From assembly GCF_009834535.1 (NCBI RefSeq), contig NC_045697.1, forward strand, positions 85,376,001 to 85,440,000: 64,000 nucleotides of DNA, in the 5' to 3' direction. The notes below the pieces were generated by a model. That model was not told the DNA's origin. It saw nothing but the letters and a program-made list of their open reading frames with translations, and did no database searches. A program made the position numbers and the translations under genes. Each line of letters opens with the position of its first letter. Positions within the stretch are counted from its first letter, which is position 1. Of this stretch, positions 38,480 to 51,668 are shown one piece after another. Source of the stretch: Camelus ferus. Lineage: Eukaryota.

Positions 38480-41400
38480 GGTATAACTTGTACTAGAATA
38501 TAAGAAACCGAGAATCAACTACCAGAGGAAGAGAACAGAGACCAGGTATATACTAAAGGTAGACACTCTAAAGAAGGAGAGGCTAAGAGAGCCCAAGATA
38601 CATATCACCCTGCCCTAAAATTCTGTCTTCAACTAGTTTTTGGCTTTAACTAGCTATTAACATCTTTGGAAGATATTAGCCAACTGCAGCTTACCATGTT
38701 TCTCATCCCGGGGTAACTTCATATATACAGGGGACATTGAAAAACTAAATCACTTTAAAAAATTTTTTTTAAAAATCATCTTTTTTCAGGTGGCATTTTA
38801 GTACCATGAAAGACCGTGGTGATATTTGGGGCAGGGTCCCTGTAACTCTCGGGCCATCTCTCATGGGACCTGTCTTGTTAGCTCATCTGCTAGTAGCGTT
38901 AATCCTGGTACTGCGATTGCTAGAGGGTTAAATTTGTATCTCCTATTTTTAAGAGGCAGTTCTATTTTCCTTCAAAGGTAATATATTTTCATGGCAATTG
39001 TAGCAAACTTTGAAGGATCAGCCCTAGAACTCAGATATCTGAGATTTAGGAGAGGCCAAAAGAAAAGTGAGGGCTTTTTTCCCTCAGTTTGCTAGGTGTT
39101 TTAGCCAGCACTGCTGTTTCTGATCTCTGTCACCACTGCTGGCAAGAAATCTCTCTTCAATTACAGGATCTAGTTACTTCTGAATCAATCCCGATTTGAA
39201 GCTTTTGATAAGATCAGTGAATTTTAGTGATGGCTGTAATTTAATACGATATTACAACATTCATTGAGTGCTATCAACATATGAACATTATTTAGATTTA
39301 AATTGTGATATATATATACTAGTGTTTATTATTTACCTTTAAGTGTATTTTAAACAAGATAACTAAAAATGATCAAGTACATTATGTTTGTGTGTGTGTA
39401 TTTTGGTATGCCTCTGATAATTTAATCAGAAACACATTTTATTGCTGCAACAAAATACATAATGTTACACCTGGCAATGCCTATGGGCTTAGAGCACATA
39501 TAACCTGAACAGAAGAGAGTAGGCAAAGCCACCGCCTAGGTTCAAATGCATAGCTAGGGTTTACTTCTCACAATGATGCGCTATAAACTGTAACCATCTA
39601 TACTCCAAGAGGCACCTACATTGGAAAAATTAATCCTAAATAAGTCAAGCCCTTTTACATTAGATTTTTCCCTTTCAAACATAATATCTCCAAGTAAGTA
39701 CCACAATGTTGCCCCTCATTTTGTTTGTCAACTGGCTAGAGATGGTATTGTCTATCTTTGCATATAAACAATTTTTCATAGTTTCCGTAACTTTAAAAAT
39801 AGTCATGGTGATTTCCAAAGAAAGTATCATACCTCATAAATCTTTCTAATTATGCCATTACTACTTATTTTAGAAAATGATGAATTTCAGTCTCATATTT
39901 TATCTAGATGTGTGTATATAGGGATGTTGCCTCAAACAACAAGATATAATCATGATACCTTTTTGTTGTTGATGAAACACCCATTTGAATATAGCCCATA
40001 TTTTTTGGCTATGTCTTTAGATTGTGGAATATATGCTCTCTGAGCACACAGCTGGAAGAAGAGGGCGTTTATCTCAATTTCATGTTCGGGAGAAGAAACA
40101 CTAATAGAAACTTACTTCTATCCGTCTCCACTACTCATGATATTGGCTGAGCGTTTCAACTAGAAAACAGACAGGAGCGCACGTTGCTAACTTGATTTTT
40201 GTCATTTGATCATTAAATTTAAATTTTCCACACTGCAGAGGAAGTGTCTAAGAGTTCCACTCAAATGAGTTGATTTCCAATCATGTGCAATCATGTTTTT
40301 GTTGAGTTTTTTCCAAACTTTATGTAACCCCATTATTTCTAAAAATGTTTTTTTCTTTTCTTAAGACTATATAAAAGGCAGAAAAATCTTTCAAAAGGAT
40401 AATTAAAAGAGACATTTGATAAGTTAACTATACATATGCTGCCATATTTTTCTTTTTCAAAGTGAAGATTCATTTCAGTGTTTTCACAAGTGAAACTAAA
40501 AATAAATACTTGAGAAATATATGAAACATTAAATATATGTCATGTCCAAATTTGCTACAAGAAAAAATTGACGAATGAAAACCAAAAACTATTCACCGAC
40601 TTACTAAAATAAATCAGTTTCCAAAGGATCCGGAACTTATTGAAGGAATAATAACATGTAATCTTGGAAGTTTCTATACTTATAAACTTGAGGTCTGCGG
40701 ACATTAAAGTGAAGTTTAAATCAAATCTAGCTCAGTGAGTCCTTTAAAAAATTGGTATTGTAACAGGACCCAGTATCCAGCTGTTCTGTGGTCAAATTTG
40801 TTTCTTTATCCCGAAGGGAAAGGTCTGCAGAAACATATTACTAATTTGCTTTTATTCTATACTGATCAAATAGCTTACTCTTACTTTTTAAGATGCAAAG
40901 CAAGAAATATCTTATTTTAAAAGCTTCAGGTGAATTAAAAGTGTATATTTCATATGTTCCAAATATTTCAAAAGACTAAAATGTGTGGATTTATTGGTCT
41001 GCAGTTTTTGGTAAATACCAAAAGGAAGGGGGAAGATGTGGATATAACATCTTTGGGTTTAAGAAGTGTGTTCAGGAAGTAAGCAGCCAAGAACACCCTG
41101 CTTCTGATACTGGTTTGGGGACTGGTGGTACAGCAAATGCCAAGTGTCATCTAAGAAGTAGCAAGAAGTACACGAATTTGTACACATCCAAACAAACAAA
41201 GACCCACACTAAAATGGTGCTGGTTTTCTCCGCAATGTAACTGAATTTATGGTCAACATACCACTATGTGAGTCAATAAAATATTAGCAGTTCTGTTTTT
41301 TCATGTCATACTCTGTGATTTTTTTTTAAACCACAATAACTACAATAATAGTATTTATTTTCCTTCCAAGGTGGAAATTAACATGTGGAAGCATCGAGTA

Positions 41401-44400
41401 TCCTAAGTATCAATTTGTATGGTAATATCCTGGAAAAATAAAGCAGAATTTAGCGTCACTTCAGGATTTAAATTGCGAAGCATTTTTTAAATGGGATATT
41501 TAAGTATTGGAGGACTTTAATTTGAAAGTCAGTTTTCAAAGCAAAGTCATGGTGTAATTGACTACTCAACTATAACTTTTTAAGCTGTTGCTTCTACTAA
41601 ATGATTGTAAACCAATGGGAAAGAATAAATTACATTCTTCAGAATAATCGTCCCAAAATAAATATTTAGAGGTACTGGTTATCGGTTCAAGGTCAAATGA
41701 ATAATTGGAATGATTCTTGCAAGTTATGCTTGCCTTTTTCACCCAATACAGATGACTATAGAATATGCTTTCTTCCTGGTGACTGGCTGATGGCAACTGA
41801 CCCTGGTAAGTTTCATTCATTACCAGGTTGCTACTATGGATGCACTGACCCCCAAGCAACACCTGATAAGAAGACAGCGAGGAAAAACAGTGTCAGAGAG
41901 TGCTGCTTGGTTACTAGAATCAACCACCTAATCATTGTGAAAACCAAGGAAGAGAGATCAAAATAATTTAAATCAATGCAAATTATGTGGAATTCACACT
42001 ACCCCTCTGCTATCTGTTAATTCAGGCATAACTGTTCCATGTGCAATATCTACTCATCCATCTCAGCACGATGAAAAATACGTTCTGTCCTAACAACAGT
42101 GACAACAAAAATACACTGGGTTTTAAAATAAAAAATCCTGACCTCTAGATAGACTGCCTAGAACTACTATAGAAATGAACATAGGAAGATAACAACAGAC
42201 AGATACATTTTATTCCTACCTTTCCCCTCTTCATTTCAAATCTTTTGTTGGAGATTTCCCACACATTTCCCCAGATACCACGCAGAGTCTGGTCAATAAA
42301 TCCAAGTGAGATAACTACAGTCTGAATCCTCAGGTTCGTGAAGCCACTTGAGAAAGTTGCTACATTAAGTTATCTGAAGACTGACCCACGGTGGCTACTT
42401 GTAATGCAGCATTCCCTCAGCTCGCTATTATTCTTTACTCTTTAACATTCATACTTAACCACATGAATGTTCAATAGACCCAGGACAAATAAACGGAGGG
42501 TGGGGGCTTCCCTCATTCTTAGAAGAATATTTCTCAATTATATATTTTGTTACATCTTAAGAGATAAAAGCCGTATCTGCAAGTGATTAAAAGATATTTT
42601 CTATTCATGGTTTCATTTCTGCTGAAATAAATGCATAATTTAAACCACACATAATTCATAGCAATTTAGGCCCATTACAGAGTTCTAGCTTCTTTTTTTA
42701 TGATAGTTACTAATTAAAATAGAGTGTTAATTGACACGCTGAGCCTGCGACTTCAACATGCAGGTTTAATGAATAAAACATCCTGACATAAAAATGAAAA
42801 CAATACAGACAAAGCTGCTAGCTGTTATGTTTCGAGTGTGTGGTAAAGATTAAGTACATTCACTAAAGTTGAGAACTGTGCAAAGAAAACATTTGTAATT
42901 TCTTTCTTTAAAGGAAGAAGGGAAGGATTTTTGAGAGAAATCTAACTTCTGGGCCCCTCATTCCCAGCCCCCCTCCCAAGAATTTAAACTCATCAGAGTT
43001 CCATCACTTTTAAAGGATAAGTGATGGGATATTTTAATATAATCCTGAATATAGGTTTAGATTGAAAATGGGAATTGGGACCATAATTAATTATGTTGCC
43101 AAGTTTTTTGAACTTTAAGGAGACAGACTGAGGCAAATGAGGACATTTAAAAGACTGCAACCTTATAAAAGTTCATGGGTTAAAACTTGGTAAAATGACA
43201 GTATCTTTTTGACATTTGATTAATTCCATATGCAGAGTGAGTGTGAGGAATTAATACCCTTTTGGTGTTTTCACTTTCTGAAACCACTGTAATAAGAGAC
43301 CGACATAAAATCAAAACCAAATATAAACACAGTGTTCAGCTAAGGTTACGGCCTTATTATCGCTCTTAATAAACAATAATGAGTAATAATAAATACCGAT
43401 CGCCCTCAATACACTCTGCTCTGTAGGCATATTTGCTCTCGCATCCATCCATCACGTCTTTCAGGATAATAAAACAATTCAACCCCATCAAATCCTCACA
43501 ACCGCTCCCTCGGGAGGGATGTTTTATCTCTACTTCTGCGAGCCCAGGAGGATTTTATTTGTTTGAAGGGGGCGGAGAATGGAGCGGGGTCCTATTTATT
43601 TCCATTGACGACTCCCCTGTTTCTCACAGCCGCCCAGGGACCGGGTGGGAGGAGGAGAGGAGGAGGTGCGGAGATTCCCTCCTTCAGAGAAGAAAAAGGG
43701 TTCAGGAAGCGAGGCAGGAGGAGGAGGGGTGGAGGGGGGAAGAGAGGGTAGTGTGTTCGGAGAGATCAGCAAAGAAATGAAAAAAATACATATAGTGTGT
43801 GTGATTTAGCGGGACCGAGATGAGAAGTAAACAAATTTGCAACCCAACTAAGTTGATAAAAAAAGAACTCTGTTAAAAAATACACAAACCAACCCAGAAA
43901 CATTTTCTCAGGTTCATTTCCCGCTCAAGGTCTTGGTTTCAGGGAGCTACTTGTACCCAGAGCAGATGGACAGCGCCCCGAAGGGGACCGCGAGGGGAAC
44001 CTCGACCGGGCCGGAAGGACAGCTCAGCGGCAGCGCGAAGGTGCCGGCAGAAAACTCCAAGGATTTCGGTGACCCGCACGCAGCGGGTGCAGGGGGCTGC
44101 GGGAATTCTCCCGCCTAGACCTCCGGGGGCGGGATGCGGGAATGCACAGTGGGGAGGGGGCAACAGGGAGCGCAATGAACCGAAACCGCACCCCAAAATC
44201 AGAGGTTTGTGAAGTGCCCCAAGAGAACAGCTGGGACTTGGAACTACTGGTTCGGATCCTGAATGTCGGGTCCGCCCTGACTTCAGTCCTAAAGGGAGCA
44301 CGCACTAGAAAGAACCCCAACTCCCGCGCAGACCAGGTTAGGGCGTGACGCCCTGTTGCTCCGTTTGGGGCGGGAAGGAGTGTCCGCTCGGCAGCTGCTC

Positions 44401-45140
44401 TGCTTTCCCGGCAAAAGTAGGATCCGGTCCCAGGCCACCCTGCTCAGCTCGAGGAAGTTTCTTTAAAGATGCTCGCCCACCACACAGGGGACAAATGAGG
44501 ACCCAGAGCGGTAGGGGGTCGGCCTGGCAGCGCAGAGAGAGAGCCTAGCGCCCGGGAGTGCGCGGCTTGGGACCGCCCGCCAGGAACCCTCGCGCTCCCT
44601 GCCCGTGGGCGAACCCCGCGCGCTGTCCAGACCCCCGGCTTTTCGCCTCACACGCAGTCGCGCCCTGCAAGACCCCAGTCTCACAGACTTTCTCCAGCGG
44701 CGGGCAGAGGGCATGAACCCGGAGAGGGAGGCAGCAGCCCTCTAGCAGACGGGCAAAGAAAATGTCCAGGCCAAGTAGAGGATAAGGGCTCTGCGGCTCC
44801 CCGGACTCCACCGCACCCTGGGTACCGGACCCTGTGGCCCCGGCCAGTGCACTGTCTCTCCACCTCCTCCTAAAACCGCTGAGACCGCTCAGCCACCAAA
44901 ACAGTCTGGAGAACCGAGGGAGATCAGTTCCAATACCCGCACGCTTTCGGCTCCTCGGGATCCAACGCTCTCGCCCAGCGGTGACCGAGAACCTAGCGGG
45001 GCCCCGCCGAGTTAGGGGACCTGCGCCTCCACCCCCCACATCCCAGATGAGCCCTCGAGTGTGAACGCTCCTTGTGTCAGGTCTCGGGTGGCGGGCTAAG
45101 GCGTCGGGACGTCGGGGTTTGCTTTCCTCTCGCTACTTAC

Positions 45141-45700
45141 CTTAAAAAAATGTTTGTTTTTCCTGGGAGGGAAGAGGAAATATCCCTCCCCGAGGTGTGG
45201 CGTGCGAAACAGTCCAAGTCCCCGGCTCCGGCCAAGATGCTAAGCACCAGTACTCAGGAACCAAAGGGACTTGGGGTGGGGGGTGGTAGGGTAGAGGACG
45301 CAGTTAAAAGAGAAAAATTAAACCGGCCTAAGTGTCCCAACTTTGCGGCCGACGTCGCAAACTTCAAAGGCGGGCAAGAGCTGGTGGCGCGCGGCCGCCG
45401 AAGTTGCTGCGAAGTGGAGCAAGGAGGAGCGCGGGACTGGGGGATCCCGGGGCAGAGCCAGGAAGCGGCGGGAGGTCCTTTTAAAAGGCGGGGAGCGTGC
45501 GGGGACCTGGCGGCTGGAGGATGCTGCAGCGCGGAGCTGAGCTGGCCCGGGCTGGGCGGGTGGCCGCTCGGGGCACCCGCTCCAGGCTGGAGCGCCGCTC
45601 AGGGAGAGCCGGGCGCACTGGGCGGCAGCGGCGTGTGCGCGGCTTGGTTCGCTCCGCTCTCTCTCGGCTCCGAGCGGGGAGTGTGTGATCGCTCCCGAGT
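45141..45700 (-). other. NDNF: Probable non-coding exon 1 (5' UTR) of NDNF; TSS approximate
   Basis: Perfect donor AAG|GTAAGT (intron starts 45140) inside the CpG island. I saw no minus-strand ATG between 45141 and 45920. Splicing to exon 2 gives AAGG-ATG-G (A at -3, G at +4). Confidence 0.75.
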
Positions 45701-45817
45701 GTCACAGCTGAAGCCCAGAGCCGCTCCCCCTCCCGCCCCACCGCTGCCCGCCCTCCCCCTCCCTTCTCTGCCCACTGCCTCCCGCTCAGTTCCTCCTTCC
45801 CTCCCGCTGCGCGCCAC

Positions 45818-45833
45818 CGCGCGCGCGCGCGCG

Positions 45834-45880
<47 letters not shown>
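45818..45880. repeat. Compound (CG)8-A-(AC)23 repeat in the promoter
   Basis: Directly visible: CG run 45818-45833, AC run 45835-45880. Confidence 0.97.
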
Positions 45881-45883
<3 letters not shown>

Positions 45884-46909
45884 GACCCAGCGCTCTTCAA
45901 ACAGGGACCCTCGCGGGCGGCATCGCGGAGGGCATACTCCCATCCTTACCTCCCAGCCAGGCGCAGGGAAGGCGAGGGAGGCCCGCCGAGACCCCCTCAA
46001 GCTACAAAACCCAGGGAGAGGCGTACTCGGGACCATCGCGCTGTCAGGGAGACCCGGCTGCACAATAACGGGGGAACGCAGGTTGATTAGGGAGTGAGGT
46101 GGGGAGACGAGCTAAACTGAGAAGGTTGGAGGCGGAAAGCAGAGTGTGCAAACTGTGCATTCTTGTCCCACTTTTCACCCGGCCGCCTGCCTATCACAGC
46201 CGTCACTCGGGGAGCGCTCCCCCACGGCGCACTCCGAGCCTTCTTCTCTGGTTTGAAACTCAGCAGCTGTTTTAACAATTGAAGAGCGGCCCTACTGGAC
46301 CAGAGAGAGACAGAGCAGAGTGTGTGAAGCCATTAAGACTGACTAGGTAATTATGATAAGAAGTTACCTGATTAGCAACCTGGCCTGGGCACAGGAAAAC
46401 CTAGGAGAAAGAAGAAAAAAACCTGAGTGATTTAGTGATCTCACATTCTCACTACTGTGAACCTAGTTTCCAGCAAACATAGTTTCCTGTTGTTTAGGCT
46501 CTTGAATTTATTTTTTGATTTATTAAGATACAGCGTCCATGAGAAAATGAGAAAATACTTGCCTGCTTCTCATAGCCACAAAGAAATGAAGATAAGATGA
46601 AAATCCACCCTGTCAAGGTCGTAGTTTTGTTGAATACCTGGTCATAGAGGGCAGTCCAACACAGCTCCTGAAGTTTTGTGATTACTAGATGAGAACACTG
46701 CAGTAGGTGGATTTATGAAACCAATCATACTCCACAAAATCATTTTGTAAAAGCCTTAGAATTTTTAAATGCTAAAAGGGACATTGAGATCACTGTGCAA
46801 ACATTTTTAGTAGATGAGAGAATGAGGTGGGAGAAAAAGGACCTTTGGATCTCTGCTCAGAAGATCTGGAGTAGTGACTTCTGCACTTATGAGATATGGC
46901 CTCAAATGA

Positions 46910-48290
46910 GTCGTTGGAGACTTCATCAACAAACATTTCTTAGGTGCCTACTGTGTACTATATATGGCTTGGTGCTGAGATTTCAAGGTAAGACATAGTG
47001 CTGGCCTTTAGGGCGTTCACAGCCTGATGAGGAGACAGAGGCATCAGTGAAAACATGATTAGTGCTATAATGTATGTTTGTGCTTGTTCCCACAGAGGCA
47101 TGGAAAAGGAAACAGCTAACGTCCCTTTAGAAGGTACTCTTGGTAGAAATTTCAGTGCAGAGTTCTAATGAGGAAGAGAATGCCAGGCAAACAAGAAAGG
47201 GGGAGGAAAGCACTTCCACAAAGAGAAGCAAGTGGAAAGGTAGGAAAAATTTCAAAGTGTACAGTGTGTCCTGGGAACTGGGAGAAGCTAGCTGTGGCTG
47301 GATTGCTGCTGGACTGAGCAAGGCCAGGCCACACCAGGCGCTACAGGCCCAAAGAGCCAGAACTTTTGGAAGGTGCTACTACTAAGGGTATTAAACAGGG
47401 ACAGATTTGAAGGCTTTTAAATGTCATCAAATGTGAGTTTTGGAAAGTTACCTCTGGAAGCACTGTGGTGGACAAATAGATAACAGTGAAGAGATTATTT
47501 CTGGAGGAAAAATTAGGTCCTAACTAAGGCAGTGAAAGCACCAGTTGGGAGACTGGGGCAGCTCTAGAGATATTTAGGAAATAGAATAGCAGGACTAATG
47601 ACTGATGGGGCATGGAAGGTAATGGTGAGGAGGAGTAGTCTGGACTGACTTTTAGGTTTTTGGCTGCAGCAAGAAGGCAGGTGATGGTCCATTTGCCAAG
47701 AGAAACAATGTACAGTGAGAAGCAGTTTTAAGAGGAAAGGAAGGAATTCTGCCTTAAACTTGTTGAGTTGGGGGTGCACGTGGGACATCTGCACCATGTA
47801 GGCAGCCAGAAACAGAGTTCCTGGGGGAGAAGACCCATGCTGGAGGGATCCTTCAGGAATTATCAGCATTCAGATATTTCTTGAAGCTATGGAGAGGGGG
47901 AAGGCAGCCAGGGAGACAAGACTCAGGAACGTGGTGGAACACCAGCGTTCTAGGGCTGGATGGGGGAAGAGGAGCCTTCAAAGAGACAGATGGAGACCAA
48001 GAGGGAAGAGGAAATGGAGGGAGCAGTTGATGAAGCCAAGGGTGGGGGGTGCTGGTGACCAAGGTAGAAGGTGGCAGAGGGATCAAGACAGTCAGGCTAA
48101 AGAGTGACCGCTACTCTTTTCAGGAATGTCTCAGTGATCTTGACCGAAACAATTGCAGTTCATGTTGTGTGTGTGTCAGGGTCCAGATAACAGCAGGTAG
48201 AGATGGTGGGGTGACAGGGACGGAGAACGGAGCTCATTTACCTGGTAGTTTGGTTCTGAAGGGATGCAGAGAACTGATGAGAAAAGTATT
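46910..48290 (-). mobile_element. LINE-2 fragment
   Basis: caacaaacatttcttaggtgcctactgtgt start, purine-rich body with L2 motifs (agatatttaggaaatagaat, ttgttgagttggggg). Confidence 0.65.
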
Positions 48291-49143
48291 TTTGTAGTTG
48301 CACTTTTGTTTGTTTTTCTTCTATGAGACACCTGGTCTTAACTGAGTGATGCTAAGGGGAAAGCAGGTGGAGAGGGAAAGGTTGAGAAGTCTGTGAAGTT
48401 CTCCTGGGGTCAGTTCTTGCCCAGTACACTGGTGGCAACAGTATCTACCCCTTGAATCTTACAGGGTTGGTGGGAGTTTACATAAACCAGGGGCTGAGAT
48501 AGTGCTTTAAAATTGTCGTTGGGAAGAAACTGAGTCCAAAAGATGTTAAAGGGACTTGTCATTAATTCAGCCAATCAATGACAGATGGAGTCTTTGGGGA
48601 AGTTCTATAAGGGCTCTGTGAAAGACATTTTTATGAAAGTTCTCCCAAATATCCCTGTTTTGAACATCAGGATTTGTATAGATTGATATCCCTGTCTTCT
48701 CAAAAAATACGCCATTGGTAAAGCCAACGGTATTGTGTGTCTTTATGTATGCAAGTATCCTCAGTGTATTTTGAGACTTGGGTGATGCACTGTTTTTCTT
48801 AGAACATGCATTATGTAGTCAGTCAGACAGGGTTTAATTCTAAACCCTGAAAATTATTTGCTGTGGGACAAATAGGTTAATCTCACTAAGCTTCAGTGTC
48901 TGTTTTTCCAAGTTTAAAAGCAGAACAAATTAGCTGAGTTTACAGATGTTTTGTGAGCATAAGACACTATACAGTACTCAAGTGTTTGGCAGATATTTGA
49001 TTACTTATATCTCAACTTACTTTTAAACTATGAAATTCATAAATATTCAATCAATTGGGAAACAATTAAAATTCCACAACTATTATAAACTTAAGAGTGT
49101 AATTTAAGTCTATTAAAGAGAAGTCCTAGCCCTTATGTTAAGG

Positions 49144-50533
49144 CAGCAGTCCTCAAAGCGTGGTCCAAGACCCCTAGGGGGTTCATGAGACCCTTTCAGG
49201 GAGGTTTGTAAAGCCACAGTTATTATCATATTAATTCTAAGATGGCAGTTTGCCTTTTGTTCTGGTGTTGACATTTGCACTAATGGTACAAAAATAATGG
49301 CGGGTGAAGCTGCCAGCACCGTAGCCCAAATCAGGGCAGTGGCAGCAAACCCTACTAGTAGTTATTGTCACCCCCACTGCCAAAAATGTCAGTTTCACTT
49401 CAGAATGTCTTTGATGAAACAGTAAAAATTATTAATATTATTAAATTTTTATCCTTGATTCTGTCTTTTTAATATTCTCTATCACAAAATGGGAGGCACA
49501 CATAAAACTTCTGCTGCATACCAAAGTACACTGTTAGTCCTGAATTGAAACACTTGTGTAATTGAATTGTGAGCTAAACTAGCTGCTTTTTTTCATGAAA
49601 CATATTTTTACTCAAGAAAACAAATGACAGACAAACTATGGTTATTCACACTTGGATATTCGACAGACATTTTTTTTTTAAACAAATTAAGTGAGCCTGT
49701 CATTTCAAGGTAAATAACCAGCAGTATTTATTGTCAATGAAAAATTTGAGCTTACAAGGGAAAAATATAGAATTTAGAAAACCTGTATCTGTCACCATGA
49801 GCTTGCCAGCTTCCCAATACATAAACCCTTTTCTAATAGAACTATGATCCTTTTAATTAATGTGGAGGGTTTTTTTTTGATATTGTACAATAAACTACAT
49901 TGACATTTGGAAGATCTGCATAATGCAGTGAGCCAGCATTTTCCAAATGACCAATAATGCATGATGTTCTAAAATTAAAAACCCACTTAAAGTACAAGAC
50001 AGACCAATGAATTTTAATATAACAGAGAATGAAAAGTTAACTGATGTGGTTTCATATTCCATATTGCAATTATAAGGTTTAAGAAACTACCACTTGTTGA
50101 GTTTTGGCATAGCATCAAAGAAGAATATCCAGAATTATGTGAGTAGGTTCTTGAAATGTTACTTCATTGTCCAACTACTTATCTCTGTGAAACCAGATAC
50201 TCCTCATTGACTTCAAACAAAACAACATATCGAAACAGATTGAATACAGAAGTGCTATGCAGATCCAGCTGTCTTCTCCTAAGCCAGACATTAAAGAGAC
50301 TTGCAAAAATGTAAAACAATGCCACTTTTCTCACTAAATTAATTTCCTTGGAAAGTATAGTTATTTTCAGAAAAGAATGATCTTTATGTCAACATGTAGT
50401 AGATATACTATAGTTGCTTTAAAAGAAATTAATAAATATTTTTAAATGTCTGTTTTAAGTCTTAGTATATTGGAAACTGATAGAAATAACCCACATAGAG
50501 AAAAGCTACTTGGGCTTCTCAATGATTCTAAGT
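49144..50533 (+). mobile_element. Charlie1(a)-like hAT DNA transposon relic, right end truncated
   Basis: Left end cagcagtcctcaaagcgtggtcc...gagaccctttcaggg; internal gacagacaaactatggttattca, taagccagacattaaagaga. No intact transposase ORF. Confidence 0.85.
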
Positions 50534-51372
50534 GCCATACAGAATAGGCCTAATCATGAAAAGAGATTGAAAGGTCTTCACAGGCTGATCATAGAATTCT
50601 GCTTATAGATTGGCCACCAAGTCACATGTATTTGTCCAATGTATTTCTTATTTTACACAATGTAAACAGACCCTTCTATACATGTGCTTAACTCTACAGA
50701 GTGTTGGAGTTGACACCTCTACTCCAGGAGTCTGGGACAAAAGAACTGGTGGAAACCAACATACAAATCTTGAAGCTTGGATAAAACACTATCACAGCGT
50801 GCCTGGGCATTTTCCCTGAATCAGTACCAAACATTCTTTTGTCTGTTGGCTCAGTTTCAATCCCTTCTCCACCCTACCCTCTCCACGGCAGAGGCTGTTA
50901 CACAATTCTCTAAGTTCTCTAAGTTCCCTTCAAAAATTAATGATGACCTCTAATTTGATGACTTTTACACACGGAATCAATGTTCAGTGGAAACATTAGG
51001 CCTGAATCCCCTTTCATCCTTCTTGAGGGCATTTATTCACTTACTAAATACTTGCAGAGCACTTGCTACATGCCAGGCACTCTGCTAGCTGCTGGGAAAA
51101 AAGAATAAGCAAGGTGCTTGCTTTCAGGAGTCTAATCTAGTGGAGAATTAAGTAATCACCATGTGATATAGTAGGGAGCCATGAGGTACTGAGCAAGTCT
51201 GTGAGAAGGATGGGAGTGGGACATTAGGGACAGATTCTTGGAGGAAGTAACATCTAAACAGGGACCCAGAAGATGGGTCAGCACTCTTGGGTTATAGGAT
51301 GGGGGTGTGGAGTCAATGAGGGTTTGAAGGAAGAAGGAATAGCAAAGACTCTGACATATTCAGAAAATGTTA

Positions 51373-51668
51373 CTAAAAAACAAGCAAACAAAAAACCCCC
51401 ACTACCCTCCTGGTAACCATAAGTTTGTTTTCTTTGTCTGTGAGTCTGTTTCTGTTTTGTAAATAAGTTCATTTGTCTTTTTTTTTTTTTTTTTTTTTAG
51501 ATTCCACATATAAGTGATATCATATGGTATTTTTCTTTCTTTTTCTGGCTTACTTCACTTATTTATGCTGTATAGCACAAGGAACTATATTCAATATCTT
51601 GTAGTAACTTATGGTGAAAAAATGTGAAAATGAATATATGTATATTCATGAAAAATAAATAAATAGAT
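51373..51668. mobile_element. Short L1 insertion with internal inversion (minus 51396-51561, plus 51568-51668)
   Basis: Both parts match the L1 3' region seen at 53710-54110, in opposite orientations. Flanking aaaatgtta repeats. Confidence 0.8.

Larger units (their letters stand above)
8620..45700 (-). other. NDNF: NDNF gene span (4 exons; 5' and 3' ends approximate)
   Basis: Three coding exons splice in frame (188+125+1394=1707 nt). A CpG island with a consensus donor lies upstream and ATTAAA candidates lie downstream. The ends are inferred, not observed. Confidence 0.85.
43950..46250. promoter_or_regulatory. CpG island / NDNF promoter region
   Basis: Abrupt change to GC-rich, CpG-dense sequence in an AT-rich background. 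GC-box-like elements (cccgccc) at 45732-45753. No obvious TATA box. Confidence 0.9.

Noticed and set aside
45072..46097. 341-aa plus-strand ORF antisense to NDNF exon 1, and other ORFs at 43433-46278
   Set aside because: It lies in the stop-poor CpG island, has a non-ATG start, low-complexity G/A/P/R content and a translated microsatellite (THTHTH). No recognisable domain.
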